From Nanobdellota archaeon (GTDB lineage: Archaea > Nanobdellota > Nanobdellia > UBA10117 > ARS21): DNA of 38,186 bases. Shown here one piece after another: positions 36,909-38,186 of the stretch. The first letter of the stretch is position 1; every line of letters starts with the position of its first letter. The notes beneath the pieces are model-generated. The model worked only from the letters and a program-made list of their open reading frames with translations. It ran no database searches and was not told the DNA's origin. Where the stretch lies: positions 1-38,186 of the forward strand of contig JAAZWY010000002.1 of NCBI GenBank assembly GCA_014240455.1, given 5' to 3'. A program made the position numbers and the translations under genes.

Positions 36909-38186
36909 ATGCAAAAAAACACATTTAACGAATTGGGAGTAAATTCAAATATAGTAAGAGCGCTTTCTGAATTTGGAATTACTGAACCAACTGATATTCA
37001 AGAAAAAGCGATTCCGATAATTAATTCTGGAAAAGATATTATTGGAAAATCTAAAACCGGTTCTGGGAAGACTGCAGCTTTTGGAATTCCGTTGATTAAC
37101 AAAGTTGTTCCAAAGAAAGGTGTTCAAGCTTTAATTCTTGCACCAACAAGAGAACTTGCAGTTCAAATTTCAAGAGAATTAGGAAAATTTGGAAAGTATA
37201 GTAAGCTTGGAATTGCAACCGTTTATGGTGGAGTATCATTACGTCCTCAAATAAAGGATATTGCTCGATCAGAGATTGTAGTTAGTACTCCTGGAAGACT
37301 TCTTGATCACTTACAACAAAGAAATATTGATTTATCAAAAATAACACATTTTGTTTTAGATGAAGCAGATCGATTAGTTGATATGGGTTTCATTAGAGAT
37401 ATTGAACGCATTTTATCTTACACTCCAAAAAGAAAGCAAATGGTTTTATTTGGTGCAACTATTTCTCAAGAAATTTCGAGAATAAAACAAAGACATATGC
37501 ATAATCCTGTAGTTGCTGAATCTGAAGTCCACGTTGCTGAAGAATATCTTGAGCAATATTATTATAATGTTCAAAAACAAGAAAAGTTTTCATTGCTAGT
37601 TCACTTACTGGCTAACGAAGATACCGATCAAGCAATTGTATTTTGTTCAAATAGACACACTGTTGAAAAAGTTTCTAAGAATCTAAGAAAACAAGGTGTA
37701 AAGATTGGAATGATTCATGGAAGACTTACTCAAAATAAACGTCTGAGAATTATTGGTCAATTTAACAACGGAAGAACTGAACTATTGGTAGCTTCTCCAG
37801 TTGTTGCAAGAGGAATTGATATCAAAGCAGTTTCACATATTTTTAATTATGATCTTTCAGATGATCCACAGGAATATATTCACCGAGTAGGTAGAACTGC
37901 TCGCGGAGGTTCAACTGGAAAAGCAATTACTTTGTTGAGTAATCAAGACCATGATATCTTTAGACAAATTCTGAATAATTATGATATTAATATTAAAGAA
38001 CTTACTAGTGACAAATTCCCTAAATTGAAATTTGATGTTGGTGGTGATTCAAGAAAACGAAGTCCTCGACCTGGTCGAAGATGGAATAATCGAAGTCCGC
38101 GCAATAGATCAAACTCTCGAAGTCGAAGAAGTAATGATTCTAAGCCTAGTGAAGGAAGATCACGAAACTTTGGTAACGGACGGCCA
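36909..38186 (+). CDS. DEAD-box ATP-dependent RNA helicase, 3' end beyond the window
   Basis: Hand translation is open to the window edge (426 codons). Q motif (TDIQEKAIP), motif I SKTGSGKTAAF, Ia PTRELA, II DEAD, III GAT and VI HRVGRTARGG. It ends in an Arg/Ser-rich tail. Confidence 0.93.
   Translation, partial: MQKNTFNELGVNSNIVRALSEFGITEPTDIQEKAIPIINSGKDIIGKSKTGSGKTAAFGIPLINKVVPKKGVQALILAPTRELAVQISRELGKFGKYSKLGIATVYGGVSLRPQIKDIARSEIVVSTPGRLLDHLQQRNIDLSKITHFVLDEADRLVDMGFIRDIERILSYTPKRKQMVLFGATISQEISRIKQRHMHNPVVAESEVHVAEEYLEQYYYNVQKQEKFSLLVHLLANEDTDQAIVFCSNRHTVEKVSKNLRKQGVKIGMIHGRLTQNKRLRIIGQFNNGRTELLVASPVVARGIDIKAVSHIFNYDLSDDPQEYIHRVGRTARGGSTGKAITLLSNQDHDIFRQILNNYDINIKELTSDKFPKLKFDVGGDSRKRSPRPGRRWNNRSPRNRSNSRSRRSNDSKPSEGRSRNFGNGRP

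Overview
AT-rich, very gene-dense archaeal chromosomal window: about 45 protein genes and one tRNA. I found no rRNA, CRISPR array, transposase or integrase. The archaeal assignment rests on TFB, Alba, LSm, e-type ribosomal proteins, aIF5B, and split RpoA'/A'' and RpoB''/B'. The short divergent proteins and extreme compaction suggest a reduced, DPANN-like lineage, but that is inference only.

The backbone is information processing:
- rpl37e-LSm, rps8e, dcd, rpl35ae, trm1 and tfb.
- An unusual rps12-rps7-rps6e string.
- infB, ndk, glmS, rps17e-alba, ychF, a ZIP transporter and a CBS protein.
- A tightly coupled rpoH-rpoB''-rpoB'-rpoA'-rpoA''-rpl30e-nusA operon.
- A CaCA exchanger, tRNA-Asp(GTC) and a 3'-truncated DEAD-box helicase.

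The least explained part is an ~8 kb block (19.5-27.4 kb) between housekeeping genes. It has three components:
1. A P/Q-rich coiled-coil protein overlapping a polytopic membrane protein.
2. An orphan three-gene operon. It ends in an Endo IV/xylose-isomerase-type TIM-barrel metalloenzyme that is interrupted by a large helical insertion and starts with a His-rich N-terminus.
3. Two paralogous nucleotidyltransferase-HEPN fusion proteins, one with a tandem degenerate plus intact NTase. They flank an oppositely oriented acidic protein, with back-to-back overlapping promoters.
The operon and the NTase-HEPN module are my top candidates for an undescribed system.

Other sequence-visible oddities:
- The RNA polymerase has lost two conserved structural zinc sites (A' Zn1 and the B' C-terminal zinc ribbon).
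- Alba, S7 and S6e carry related K/E/P/V low-complexity extensions.
- More than 20 genes have a TATA box centred about 25 nt upstream of the start codon, which implies leaderless mRNAs. One palindromic TATA box is shared by two divergent genes.
- All five convergent gene junctions abut or overlap.

Functional calls come from motif recognition by eye. No database search was possible.
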